A stretch of DNA of 59,119 bases, the filler included, from Sphacelaria rigidula (Eukaryota), in the NCBI GenBank assembly GCA_964200075.2. It is 5 parts of 5 records of this genome, joined end to end, with 100 filler letters (N's around TTAATTAATTAA, not from the genome) between each part and the next. Parts side by side here need not be neighbours in the genome. Positions count along the whole stretch, not along the records: positions 11,846 to 23,590 come from CAXNAA020004561.1; positions 23,691 to 35,435 come from CAXNAA020004562.1; 3 more parts are not named here. One strand, written 5' to 3'. The notes under the pieces are model-generated. The model searched no databases and was not told the origin of the DNA. It was given only the letters and a program-made list of their open reading frames with translations. Numbering within the stretch: position 1 is the first letter of the stretch; each line of letters opens with the position of its first letter. The translations under genes and the position numbers were made by a program. Positions 12,848 to 23,758 of the stretch are shown one piece after another.

Positions 12848-13325
12848 TGAAGAGGAAATGACAGGGGTTTCGCACATACCTCATGTACATCGTGTCAAAA
12901 TTTCATAGAAAACGACTCAAATTTGACTTGCTTCAAGACTACAACGTCAGCCGGAACTTTGACGATCTCTACAACCTTTCTTCACCTGGTGCTCATTGGT
13001 TCGCACACAATTACCGAATGCTTTAGCGCGCTGGAGGCCTTGTCTGCGTGCCATCTCAGACACTGCGCGCCTGCAGTACGACATGAACTTTTGTACAAGC
13101 ACAACGTGTGCAGCACCATCACTTTGTCGCCGCGGCACAATCGACTGAAACTGAAAATGCGATCCCAGCCGTGTTTTTCCCTACAGTTGTGGGCGCGCGT
13201 GAACTATTCATTTAGTGATTTCTTCGAAATAGGCGATTTTCTTGGGCTCTTTTGCTTGCCGTCGCTCACCGCATTGGGGATCTGAAAATACTCGTATCCG
13301 CTCCACATTCCAAGGGAAAAAACAC

Positions 13326-15038
13326 CACACTCTGGGCAATGGGCACAACCATAGTCCATTGCTTCAGCGATAGACACGGGGGGAAACCTATCGATATACA
13401 TTATCGAACACGATAAATGGTGAAACACATCTATTGATATTTATTGCAAGGGGAAATAGATGTTGCAATAGTCGATCGATAGTCCATGGCAATTACAAAA
13501 TATACAGACCACTCGCCGTCGATGAATATCGTGTACCGCAATAGATTCTGGGATGTATATATCGATAGCCATTGACATGATCAATATATTTAGTGAGCCA
13601 TCCATCAATAGTCGTTGCCGTTGTCAATAGTTTTGTGAGCCACCCATCGACAGTCATTGACATATCAGTAGGTTAGGTGAGCCATCCATCAATATCTATT
13701 ACCGTCATCAAAATATTGGTGAGCCGTCTATCGGTAGCCTCTGCTGCCAACAAGGCATTTTTCGGTATCATCAAAATGGGCATTGCCATCAACAATCGAT
13801 TGTTCCTCGGAACACCTACCGATGGCCAGTGACGCCAACGATACGAAATATGTGCATGCATAGCGCTAGTGATGAACGCCATTCGGCTACTTTTGTGATC
13901 GGCAATAGATATTAGTTACCGCGATTCAGATTACATTGTGACCAGCGGTAGACGTTGGTGGCCGCGATTCAGATTCTATTGTGACCCTCAACAGAAATCG
14001 GTGCGCGCAATTGATGTCCCATTGTGACCAACAATATGTACTAGTGGCCGCGTGGTGGATCAAAGTGTGATTGGCAATAGACATTGGTGGCCGTAATTCA
14101 GAGCCTATCGCAACAAATAAAGTGTAACGATAGACAACTTGGCACCGCCATTGTCACGGCAATGATACATTCTGTCCCTTGTCTCGAATCTACCGTCACC
14201 TACAACAGCTGTCGATAGGCATTGATGACTGTCGATTACGACTGACAAAGCACATTAACAGTCACATGTTCAGGGCTATTGCAGCGCCACTGTTCTATTA
14301 AATAGTCTATTGCCCAGGGTATCAGCACATCTCACCCACACAAAAAAGTACTGTAAGCACTCATGTCCATCAGAGGGACAACCGTAAGTACTAACACCAC
14401 ACCAACGACAAAACACTTACTGCGGGTTCCTACAAAATACGAGCGTTACACATTAGTAGAAACGTGATGTCATATGTTGACAAGTAGTATCATTATATAC
14501 CCACTGCATGCCCACCTGCGTCTTCTCTACCGTACCTTGACCAAGTATTATATGCTGTATACGTAGTATGTTGCGATGTAGCTATGACAATAGATGACTG
14601 AAAATATATATCGGTAGGCATTGTATACCACAGTAGATTCTGGTATGTGTATATCTTTATATTTTGCCGCCGTGCATGGATGTATACGCAATCTATCATT
14701 AGCTAATGCGGCCATCAATAGATTCGGCAAACAATATGTCAATAGCCATCGTCATCAATAGACTTGGCACGCGGTCTATCGATAGCCATTGTCGTCATCA
14801 ATAGATTTATTAAGCTATTGATCGATGCCTTTGGTCGACCGCAAAAGATTTCGGTGTAGGACCACGACAGACTGCTGCCCGGACAAAAGTGTGGGGAACT
14901 GGTCTATCGATAGACATTGCCAACGATAAGAGATGTAGAAAATTGCCTATCGATGGCCATTACGGATGACGATATTGACATCTACTGCAGCAGATTCTGT
15001 TGCTATCACAATAGGTGCCGTCTATTGCTCAGGGTGTG
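13326..15038. mobile_element. Non-autonomous TIR DNA element (~1.7 kb) with ATCGATAG/CAATAG-rich interior and 8-bp flanking duplication
   Basis: Left end cacactctgggcaatgg, right end ctattgctcagggtgtg. aaaaacac flanks both sides (13318-13325, 15039-15046). An extra right-end-like copy tctattgcccagggt sits at ~14306-14320. Confidence 0.7.
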
Positions 15039-15195
15039 AAAAACACACACACACCTTGATCCATAGCTGCTCAACAGCTGAACACATTGTGTGTGCTGTC
15101 GCTCAAATCGGTTCAAACCTCAGTGATGAATGATTAATTGTGTGAGACGCTCGCACAGCACACGCACACAAACAGTGAGCAACTGCACGTCTTCA

Positions 15196-15482
15196 CAAGC
15201 GGCCATTTGGCAACCCCCCAAAATGCCTCCGGAGGGATGCGCGAGCCCCCCAGAGACAAAACAATCCTCCGGAGGCCTTCAATCCCTCTGGAGGGAACCA
15301 AACACTACCGACCTGGAGGGCCGCGCACCCCTCCGGAGGAATTTGGGGGTAGCAAAATGCCTTCGGAGAGATACGCGGCCCTCCAGAGGCAAAAACAAGC
15401 CTTTGGAGGCGTATAATTCCTCTGGAAGCTTGAAAAGTTGACCGACCTGGAGAAATGTTTGGGGTAGCCAAATAGCCGCGTC
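15196..15482. mobile_element. MITE copy 1 (TIR ~CACGCGGCCATTTGGCTACCCC, CTCCGGAGG subrepeats)
   Basis: gcggccatttggcaacccc ... ggggtagccaaatagccgc form inverted ends. Confidence 0.7.
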
Positions 15483-15628
15483 TGTTCGGTTGAGAGTTGA
15501 CACGCGCGTGATCCTTCTCATCCAATGCTGGACGGATTTCTGTGGAAACAGAACTGCCGGGTGCAGATGATGAAGAGCTAGCGCTGAAGTTAATGCGCGT
15601 GGGTGGCGGGTGTCTGTATGTATGTGCA

Positions 15629-15995
15629 CACGCGGTCATTCGGCTACCCCCCAAAATGTCTCCGGAGGGATGCGCGGCCCTCCACAGGCGAAACAAGTCT
15701 CCAGAGGCCTTCAATCCCTTCAGAGGAAACCAAGCACTACCGCCCTGGAGGGCCGCACACCTCTCCGGAGGAATATGGGGATAGCAAAATGCCTCCGGAG
15801 GGATGTGCGGCCCTCCAGAAGCAAACACAAGCCTGCGGAGGCGTGCATTTTCTCTGGAGGAAACCAAACAATAGTCCTCTGGAGGATCGCGAACTCCTCG
15901 GGAGGGCCACGCACCCCTCCGAAGGCGTTCAATCCCTCTGAAGGCTCGAGTTGACCGCCCTGGAGGATTTTTGGGGGTAGCCAAATGGCCGCGTG
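15629..15995. mobile_element. MITE copy 2, same family (CAC...GTG ends, CACTA-like)
   Basis: cacgcggtcattcggctaccccc ... gggggtagccaaatggccgcgtg; internal ctccggagg/ctccagagg repeats. Confidence 0.75.
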
Positions 15996-16370
15996 CGTGG
16001 ATTTCCGGCGCTCGGCGTGTAGGCATCGTGTTGTCTTCTTGCGTGTTGTGTGCAGCAGTACAGAGATGTTCGACTAAAGGTCACGTCGAGAATCGCCGCC
16101 TTCATGTACATGTGTGCAGATCTGGGCTTCGAACTGGATAAAACTGCTTGTCGGTGAGACTCAAAACCGGTCGTTGTCGGGGTAATCATTTTTCAAAAGT
16201 GATTTTTCGAAAAGTGATGATCATTTTCGATGAGATGTTTCAATTTTTTATTTCATCATGCCCTCGCGATTTGATATCGAATCACAATACCAACACTGGG
16301 CTGATGAATGGCCTGCAATACTGGTCTGAATGCCGACTGACCCATGCGGGCTTTAAATGGCCTATTCTCA

Positions 16371-17385
16371 CTTCACTTTAGGGGTTGTACTTTCAAAGTT
16401 GGTATGGAGAACTGCTGAGGCACAGGCAAGAACATGTTGAGACAATGGAATTTATCTTCACGACTTACCGATATTTTTCGTGACCTTAACCCTTTTGAAA
16501 TCCACTGACGATTTTTGTTTTAGTGAATCGGCATCATTTTGTCTTGAAAATGACTGAAAATGATGCCGATTCACTGAAACAAAAAATCGTCAATGGGTTC
16601 CAAAAGGGCTAACGTAACTGGAATTTTCTTTGCCCTAAACCTATGAAAAAATATTTGAGTATATCAAGACTCATGTTTTTATTATTATGCCCAGTAGTGT
16701 CTCTACGCCCAATTTGAAAGACCACCTCTTAAAATTGAGGTGATAATTGGTTTTCAACCTACATATCCACTCCTTGGCTGGCCCACCTCGTAGTCACCCT
16801 CTGCGGCGCATACCGAATCACGCTTTCTCTGCTCAATTTTGAGAGTTGTGATTTAAAAGTGAGTATGGAAAATCGCAAGGACACACCCAAACAAAACAAA
16901 GGTGGGCTTTAATTTGTTTTGTGAGTCAAGGACGTCCTCGTGAAAAAATGGTCCTTACCACACCAAAAAATACCTCAACAAAAACACCTTGACCCATGAA
17001 AACAAATCATGCCCCAATATCTGTCTTCACGAATGCCCTAACGTTCCCCCCAGAACATTTTAAAGGACAAGAATCAAAACTGGACTCTTAGATGGTGCGA
17101 AAAATGTTCCGGATCTTAACCGCACCAGCTTCTGAACACGTCCATGCGAACCTCAATGATGGGAGTTGGACTTTGATTTTGGTATGGACACTCATGAGGG
17201 CAAAATAACGAAATGATTCATAGGATGTCGAGATTGTTTTGTATTTTCATGACTTCAGACGTTTTACTGAAAATCGGATTGCCACCGACTCATGGAAAAA
17301 CTTTCAACGCCCCGAGGATGTGTTATTGTGCCCGGTTGAGTTGCCATACCAAACTTGAAAGTCCAAGACCTAAAGCGAGATCAGA
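16371..17385. repeat. Cluster of degenerate ~70-80-bp repeats in both orientations (foldback-like)
   Basis: Forward copies ~16371, ~16832, ~17151; inverted copies ending ~16740 and ~17380. Shared core is (a/t)ttggtatgga. Confidence 0.55.
16490..16608. mobile_element. 119-bp palindromic piggyBac-type MITE
   Basis: TTAA|ccctttt...aaaaggg|CTAA, with near-perfect arms of ~50 bp (tgacgattttttgttttagtgaatcggcatcatttt / aaaatgatgccgattcactgaaacaaaaaatcgtca). Confidence 0.8.
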
Positions 17386-20191
17386 ACGGGCCTACAATTT
17401 ACAGATCCGCTCCTGGGCTAGTCCATCTCTTATGTGTGGGGAAATGACATGCTGTAGCCGACGGAACACGGCGCGAAACCCCGGCGGGAAATAAACCCGT
17501 GGAAATACAAGGGTGGAAACATGCGGATTTCATTGCTGTCGTTGGTGATCTTCGGTTCCTGGGTCTGGATCTGTTTTTAAGTTGCCTTCGTGTATCGAGC
17601 GGGAATGTTGGGCTCGGTCTCCAGCAGTCCGAAGGGTCGCAGCAGTACCAGATCTCATGAGGTTAGCAGTACTCATTCTTATATGTATGACGTCCGTGTT
17701 ATTCTCTGGTCATTTGATCTTGCCACATGTTCAATTTTTCAGCCTGCCGCAGCCGAGACTCTGTCGCCGCGACATGTCGCAGCAGATGTACATGGTTCAC
17801 GTAACGTGTCTCACCAAGCGTCAACTGTACGATCAAGTAAACTTACTCGGCTAGTCTAAATTTGACCTGGTTCACCTGTGTTACTCAAATGAAGTAACTT
17901 ACCTTGGCTAGTCTAAACTCAAGTGACGTGATTCACCTTGAACTGCTGGGCCGGAGAGTCCACCACATATTCACACGCACGTGAAAGCCATTCGACGATA
18001 GCCCCCTCCCCCAAAACCAGCCCAAAACGGTCACGAAGAAACTGGTCACAGAGCACCTGATGTTTGGTTTCAGGCTGCATGAAGCGCTTCATATGGACGA
18101 CATTAGCGAAATCGAACCGACGCGTGGCCATTCCCAGCTGCTCGTTGTGCTCGTTTTTTTTCATTTCGATTTACGTGTAGATTTTGCCTCACCAAGCCAG
18201 CCACGATTTTTGTTTTTTTTCCGGGGGGGGGGGGGGGGGGATCGTACAAAGTGCCGGGGCGCTGCGGGGTTTTGCGAAGGAAGATTGCACGAATCCGTGN
18301 NNNNNNNNNTTTTGTTTTTGTCGCGGTGGAGGTCGGGTGTGGGCCCCCCGGCCGCGCTGGGTTGTTTTGTGTTGGGGGGGGGGGGGGGGGGGGGGTATCG
18401 TACAAAGTGTCGGGACGTCTCGTGGTTTGGAGAGAAGCGCATGCCCGAATGATGGTTGCTGCATGCCCGGCGCGCTTCAGCCACAAACCAGCGGCTAAGG
18501 TAGTGGCAAGCTGACTCTGGGGTTGCTCGGAGCCCTCTATGAGCTCCCCACGTATCATGGAGCAGTGGTTACTTTTGTTGAATGACGCCTCGTGGTGCAA
18601 CCGTGATCTTGCCGCCTCGACCTAAGTTTTCATGACTGCCCTTTCGAACAAAAAGCAGCCAGGAAATATCGCCTTCGACCCCTCAACATCATGCAGTGCT
18701 TGTATTGATATGCCTGGTAACTTGTACGTATGGCGGTCCCTCGAGAGATCGAAATATGAAACCTTGCGCTTCTTAGTTCTTCGGTTGGCTGTCTTTGAGG
18801 CCTTGCGTGTCGCCCGTAGTCGGACGCTATGTTCATTTCTACCTGGCCTCGCGCCTCGAGTTGGAAAGCCGGGCGCCACCCCCTGAAGTTCGAATGGCCA
18901 CCTGCGGCACCGGATCTTCTGAGGTTAGCTATTTTTATTCTCCTTCTTCTTTCTTCTCTATTCCCGTTTGCTTCTATCACGTTTTGTGAGTTTTTATCTT
19001 GATCTGTTTTGTTTTTGTTTTTGTTCTTGTTCGATTTCCCTATATAGGTACCTACCTTATTTATAGGTAGCTGACCACGGAAGGCGTCCGCATCAGATGC
19101 CCACTACGAATGGACCGCGCAGATATCGGAACGATTTTGAATGTTGAGACAACAGCAGCAACAACAACAACGATGACGACGACCCCTCTGAAGAACTATG
19201 ATGCCAGGCATACAATTGTCAAAGACAAATTACGACAGTACCGCATACCCTTTCGTTTTCACGTCCCCCCAGCCGCAGCACCTCAACCTTCACGAGCCGA
19301 TACGGGTGATAGCACTGAAGGAGACATGCCCGTAGTCGGTCGCGAGGTATCGTGCAGCGCTCGCAACTTTACCTATCTTGTACGTAATGTTTCCGAAGAT
19401 AGCGTTGCCTCAACAGATAGAGTCGCGTAATGCTGTTCGGCACATCACCCACGACACATGTCGAGTTGGCTTAGTGATTCTTTGCCCGTCCCTGTTTAAT
19501 TCTGCCATCGTTTGTTCGAGAACAATATCGACTACTTCGGCCACGTTGCTTGCTTGAGAGGAATGTCAAGTGTTTTCGGCCATGTTGCGAAGTACCCCAA
19601 GCAAAAAGTTGCGAACCACATGAACCCCAAACAGTCCTAGCCAACGGCAATGCAGGGAATGGACACAAATATATCAATCGACTATGTTCCGGACGTTCCT
19701 CAGTGGTATCAGAGACCATATGATTGATGTGAACAGGCGTATCGCACGTGAACATCGTGATTCGCTTCCTTCACGTAGTTGCTCTTTCCTTCCTACGGGT
19801 TGCCAGGTTGACCCTCTGGGTTGTTGGATGTGTGTATCGTCTGTCTGCCCAAGGTACATGTATCCAAAACGCCTACCACACCCCACAACCACGACACGAG
19901 TTGCTGCACAAGGAAGGGTGCCGCACAACAACAGTTCATGTCGCCGGTCGAGGGTGTTCCCCACACGGGTGTAATTCCAAATGAGTTTTCCACTTCGTCA
20001 CGAAGTATGCAGACATCAGTAGTAGTAGCAGGTCATACCCCTAGACAGTCACTCCTAAGTTTGCGGTAGAGCCGTCGTTGAGCCAAAGGTAACACGATGT
20101 GAAAACTTGTGGTGTTACCCGTGCACACATCGAACTGGAACCGCATAACACTGTTTTCTATGGTAAAAAACACACCACTTCTGCACATATC

Positions 20192-20536
20192 ACCCCGGTG
20201 GCTCAGTTGGTAACCTCGTAACCTTCCGATGGTTGAGCAGGGGGGTTCAATTCCCGGGGCGATCTGGACTCTTTTCTCACACCATGCCCAACAGTGGAGA
20301 GTGACTATGTCGTGGGTACACAAGATTCGACTTAGCGGTCGACGAGGGGAAGGGACTGCTGAGCCCCTCTCGCGATAAAAAATAAAGGCAAGCACCGCAG
20401 AAGGAAGGTGGGACAATAACAAATAAAAACGAAAAAGCTCCTGTGTTCGACCTCCTGTGTGACCCCGGCTGATGCGCCCAGATATACCGAAAGGTATAGA
20501 CTGGAGCCCAGAATAAATGGGACAACAACGCACACC
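20192..20536 (+). mobile_element. tRNA-derived SINE, copy 1 (tRNA-Arg-like head)
   Basis: A box tggctcagttgg (20199-20210), B box ggttcaattcc (20244-20254), anticodon arm aacc-ttCCGat-ggtt. The body is shared with 21110 and 44250 and ends in a CA-rich tail. Confidence 0.85.
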
Positions 20537-21109
20537 ATGAGATTTCAAATAGTAGAATTCAGCGGGAACCGCGAAAGGATTGGCGCTCGGCTTCCCCCTC
20601 TTTGTTGTCAGTTGCCAACTAAGCGACATGAAGGGAAGGACAACGTGTGCGACACGTTTCACATTCTGCTACACGTTACGCACTGCCGAGTACACCACCT
20701 AGTTTCATTGTACCGGCTGGCATCATTCGTTTCCTCTCGTTGTCCTTACAACATCTTTCAAGAGTTGTCACGAAATGTTTCTCTACTTATGTCCCATTGA
20801 TGATGGATCCCGCCCTTGTGTGTTCAGTCGCCAATTGAGCGAGAGAAATGAGCGAAGGAAATATTTTTCAAGTGGACCATAATGACGCGGACACGCTTGA
20901 CACTCTGGTACTACGGTGGTTGGTTACTGTACATTCCACACCTCCTAATACATCACCTAGTTTCATACACTGTGTGTAGCGATCCTGCATTTTGTTGTGT
21001 GTTTCCAATGTTTTTCATGGCCGTCACCATGGTATTTTACTCCACATTTTATTGTCAGCGAACTCCTAATACTGCTGTAGGATTATCAACGGTAGTAGTA
21101 AAGCCGATC

Positions 21110-21457
21110 GCGCCGGTGGCTCAGTTGTTAAACCTCGAAACATTCTGACGGTTGGGTCGTGGGTTCGAATCTCGGTGCAGTCACACGATCTGGCGTTTTG
21201 TCGCACACCATGCCCAACAGTGGAGAGCGACATGTCGTGGGTACACAACAATCGACTTCACGGTCGACGAGGGAAAGAGACCGCTGGATACCCTCGCAAT
21301 AGAAACAAGGCAAGCACCGCATAAGGAAGGTCGGGAACTAAAATATAGGGAAAAAGAAAAAATCCCGTGTTGGCCTTCCTCCTGTGTATCCCCGGCTGAT
21401 GCGCCCACATGTACCGAAAGGTCTAGGCTGGCATCCAGAGTGGGATGGCAACACACA
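21110..21457 (+). mobile_element. tRNA-derived SINE, copy 2 (diverged subfamily)
   Basis: A box tggctcagttgt, B box ggttcgaatct, then caccatgcccaacagtggagag...aaggcaagcaccgca...ccccggctgatgcgccca. Confidence 0.85.
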
Positions 21458-23590
21458 GTACTGAACGAACATCGTTGCAATAGGATTTTCGTTCTCCGTT
21501 TTCCTGCTGTTTTCCGTAGTTTCTTTTCATATACATCAGTACTTCACTGTATCGTCGCTCTTATCTTCACGTGGTGTATCTTTTCAAAAAATGACCCACG
21601 CTGCCATCCAGATTAAGACGAATACTTCCGTTGTCAGGTACTAAACGGTTCGCGAAAGGAATCAATACTCGATCTGGCCACTTTTTGTTTTCGCGAAAAA
21701 TAATTGGAAAAGAGGGACTACAAACAAGGTCCGATCTCGTTGTTTCCTACCCAAAAACCCACACCAGGCACCATCCGTCTAGTTTGTATGTTGGCAGCAC
21801 AACATATCTCAATTTTCCGTCTCTGCTATGAAACATGGCATTGTCACCCGTAGCAGACAAGCAGGCATGGTTGACGTGGGCGTGTCAACTCCGCACATGC
21901 CTTTCCCTTTGGATTCGACGGATGTGAGCGTAAACAACACGCCTCTTCGGATTGGCCAGGTACCTATGTGTCACGCTTTGTATATACATATATATGCTTG
22001 TCGAGTCCATCGAGACCAACACAATTTCATCCTCTCCTTTCTCGATTGTTTTGAGATTGTGGCTCATGGCGCAAACCCACGGTTTTTCATTTACAAACCC
22101 AAGGCGTCAATATAATCGCAGATAGTAATTGTGATTAATCTAAAGTGAATGGTTATCTACCTGTCCACTGTCCACAGCAGGTAAGACGTTAGTTCGCGGT
22201 GCCAAGTGAATAAAAACGGCAATATACACAGAAGGGTACACCCTGATGAAAGAGTACACCCTGGTGCTTCTGAAACAAAAAGAGTTAACGCGTTTTTCGC
22301 TTTCGGGTGCGGCGCTGCACGCGGGCCGAACACCTCGAAAACACGTTCCAGCACCTCAGCCCCACGCCCAAGGTGTCTGGGCAGCATACCCGTCCATTTG
22401 CTTTTATTTTCCAGAGTGTTACTGGGCTGAGGCACGAAGCCGAAAATGACAGCCTGTGAGAGAACCCTTTTTTGTAAGCAAACCAGGAGGGTACACTCTG
22501 CCCTCTGCTAAAATTTATATCTCGCCCTTTTTTGTTTCACTGGTGATCCTTTTGTGTGAAGTGGTGACCCTTTTGTGTGAAGTGGTGACCGTACCGCCGT
22601 CTCAACACAAGCTACGCCGTGCAGTCACAACCATAGCTATTTTCGGTAAAATTACACCCCACCAAAAAAGGCCGAAACCCAACGACTAGAAGAGTGTAGC
22701 CCCTTGTTGGATGGCCCGAAGATCCGGAACATTCAACGATGCATACAGGTCGCTTGTGTGCCGGAGCTCACAAAGATCCAACGAATATGGGTGAACATCT
22801 TACCGACGTACCAGCCCGAACGGCATCATGCGGCGACAACATCAGACCGTTGGCGGATCTGCAATGTGCGGCTCGGAAACGGAGATGGACACCGACCGGA
22901 TTCCGGATTGGAGGAAGAACGCCTGAATCGAACGGCGTAGACTGTACAATCGGGTGTCTTCCTCCGATCGTTGCCGTTGCACCAACGAGACCACCACTCG
23001 GAATTCTCAAAGCTGTGGGACTGGCGCATCGCCCAATTCATCCACATGCTCTTGAAATAAAGGCATTTTGTGCTGTGATAAAACGGCTGCTCTGAACCCC
23101 AGATGTGGCATCGTTCATCTGACCCCATGTGAGGGACATCTGTGTTGTAAGAGTCAAACGTGTGCCTTCGGTGCACTCACTAGACTTGGCCCTGCATAAC
23201 TGCATCTAGAATGCGCACAGCGTGAATCGGATTCGAAAATACAAAATACATCAACGACGGTATTGTCGACGTTTGACCGTGTACACGACGCAGCACGGCG
23301 TGCGATCACTTTTTCCCCCCACCCGACTCCATTCTGTTCCACGTCCATGACCCTTCCATAATATATGATCACTCAGAACCCGTGAATCTCCTTTTCAGTG
23401 GGGGAAAGCCGAGGTGAACAACTTGCTGTTTAGTGAATGATCGACGCCGGCTTGCAGCATAGCACCTTGTGGGGGGCATATTCATTGTTCCACGGCGGTG
23501 TAGCGTGTTGACCGATGCTGCTGTGGATGAGCACTGTGACGGTTTAAGAGACAACCAACTAGACTACTGACCAGTCAGCGCTGACTGGTC

Positions 23591-23690
23591 NNNNNNNNNN
23601 NNNNNNNNNNNNNNNNNNNNNNNNNNNNNNNNNNTTAATTAATTAANNNNNNNNNNNNNNNNNNNNNNNNNNNNNNNNNNNNNNNNNNNN
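23591..23690. other. Artificial contig spacer
   Basis: N44-TTAATTAATTAA-N44. Confidence 0.97.
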
Positions 23691-23758
23691 GGCATCAATT
23701 TCAAGTGAAAAAAAGTATGCATGATCCAGAAAGACTAATCTCGCGGTCTAAGGGTTAA
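23691..23758. mobile_element. Probable piggyBac-type element end at contig start
   Basis: ...gcggtctaAGGG|TTAA, i.e. a CCCT terminus plus TTAA target. The other end is not in the contig. Confidence 0.4.

Noticed and set aside
15193-16026. 277-aa ORF and overlapping ORFs
   Set aside because: Open frames produced by GC-rich MITE subrepeats; no protein family features.
13400-17400. CRISPR-like arrays among the short repeats
   Set aside because: Repeats are degenerate, irregularly spaced and in both orientations, with no unique spacers or cas genes, in eukaryotic DNA.
18200-18440. Duplicated G-run + atcgtacaaagtg units around a 10-N gap
   Set aside because: G homopolymers next to a scaffold gap; low-complexity repeat or assembly artefact.
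20192-20262. Functional tRNA-Arg gene (also 21110-21180)
   Set aside because: The D-stem cannot pair and the head continues into a shared repeat body, so it is a SINE head.
20465-20510. Hammerhead ribozyme (ctgatg...cgaaa) in the SINE tail
   Set aside because: The core reads CUGAUGC rather than CUGANGA, the GAAA is a tetraloop, and copy 3 has ctgttg and gaga.
22826-23176. RCHIWGSEQP resembling a Tc1/mariner motif
   Set aside because: No surrounding DDE/D motifs in frame; probably chance.
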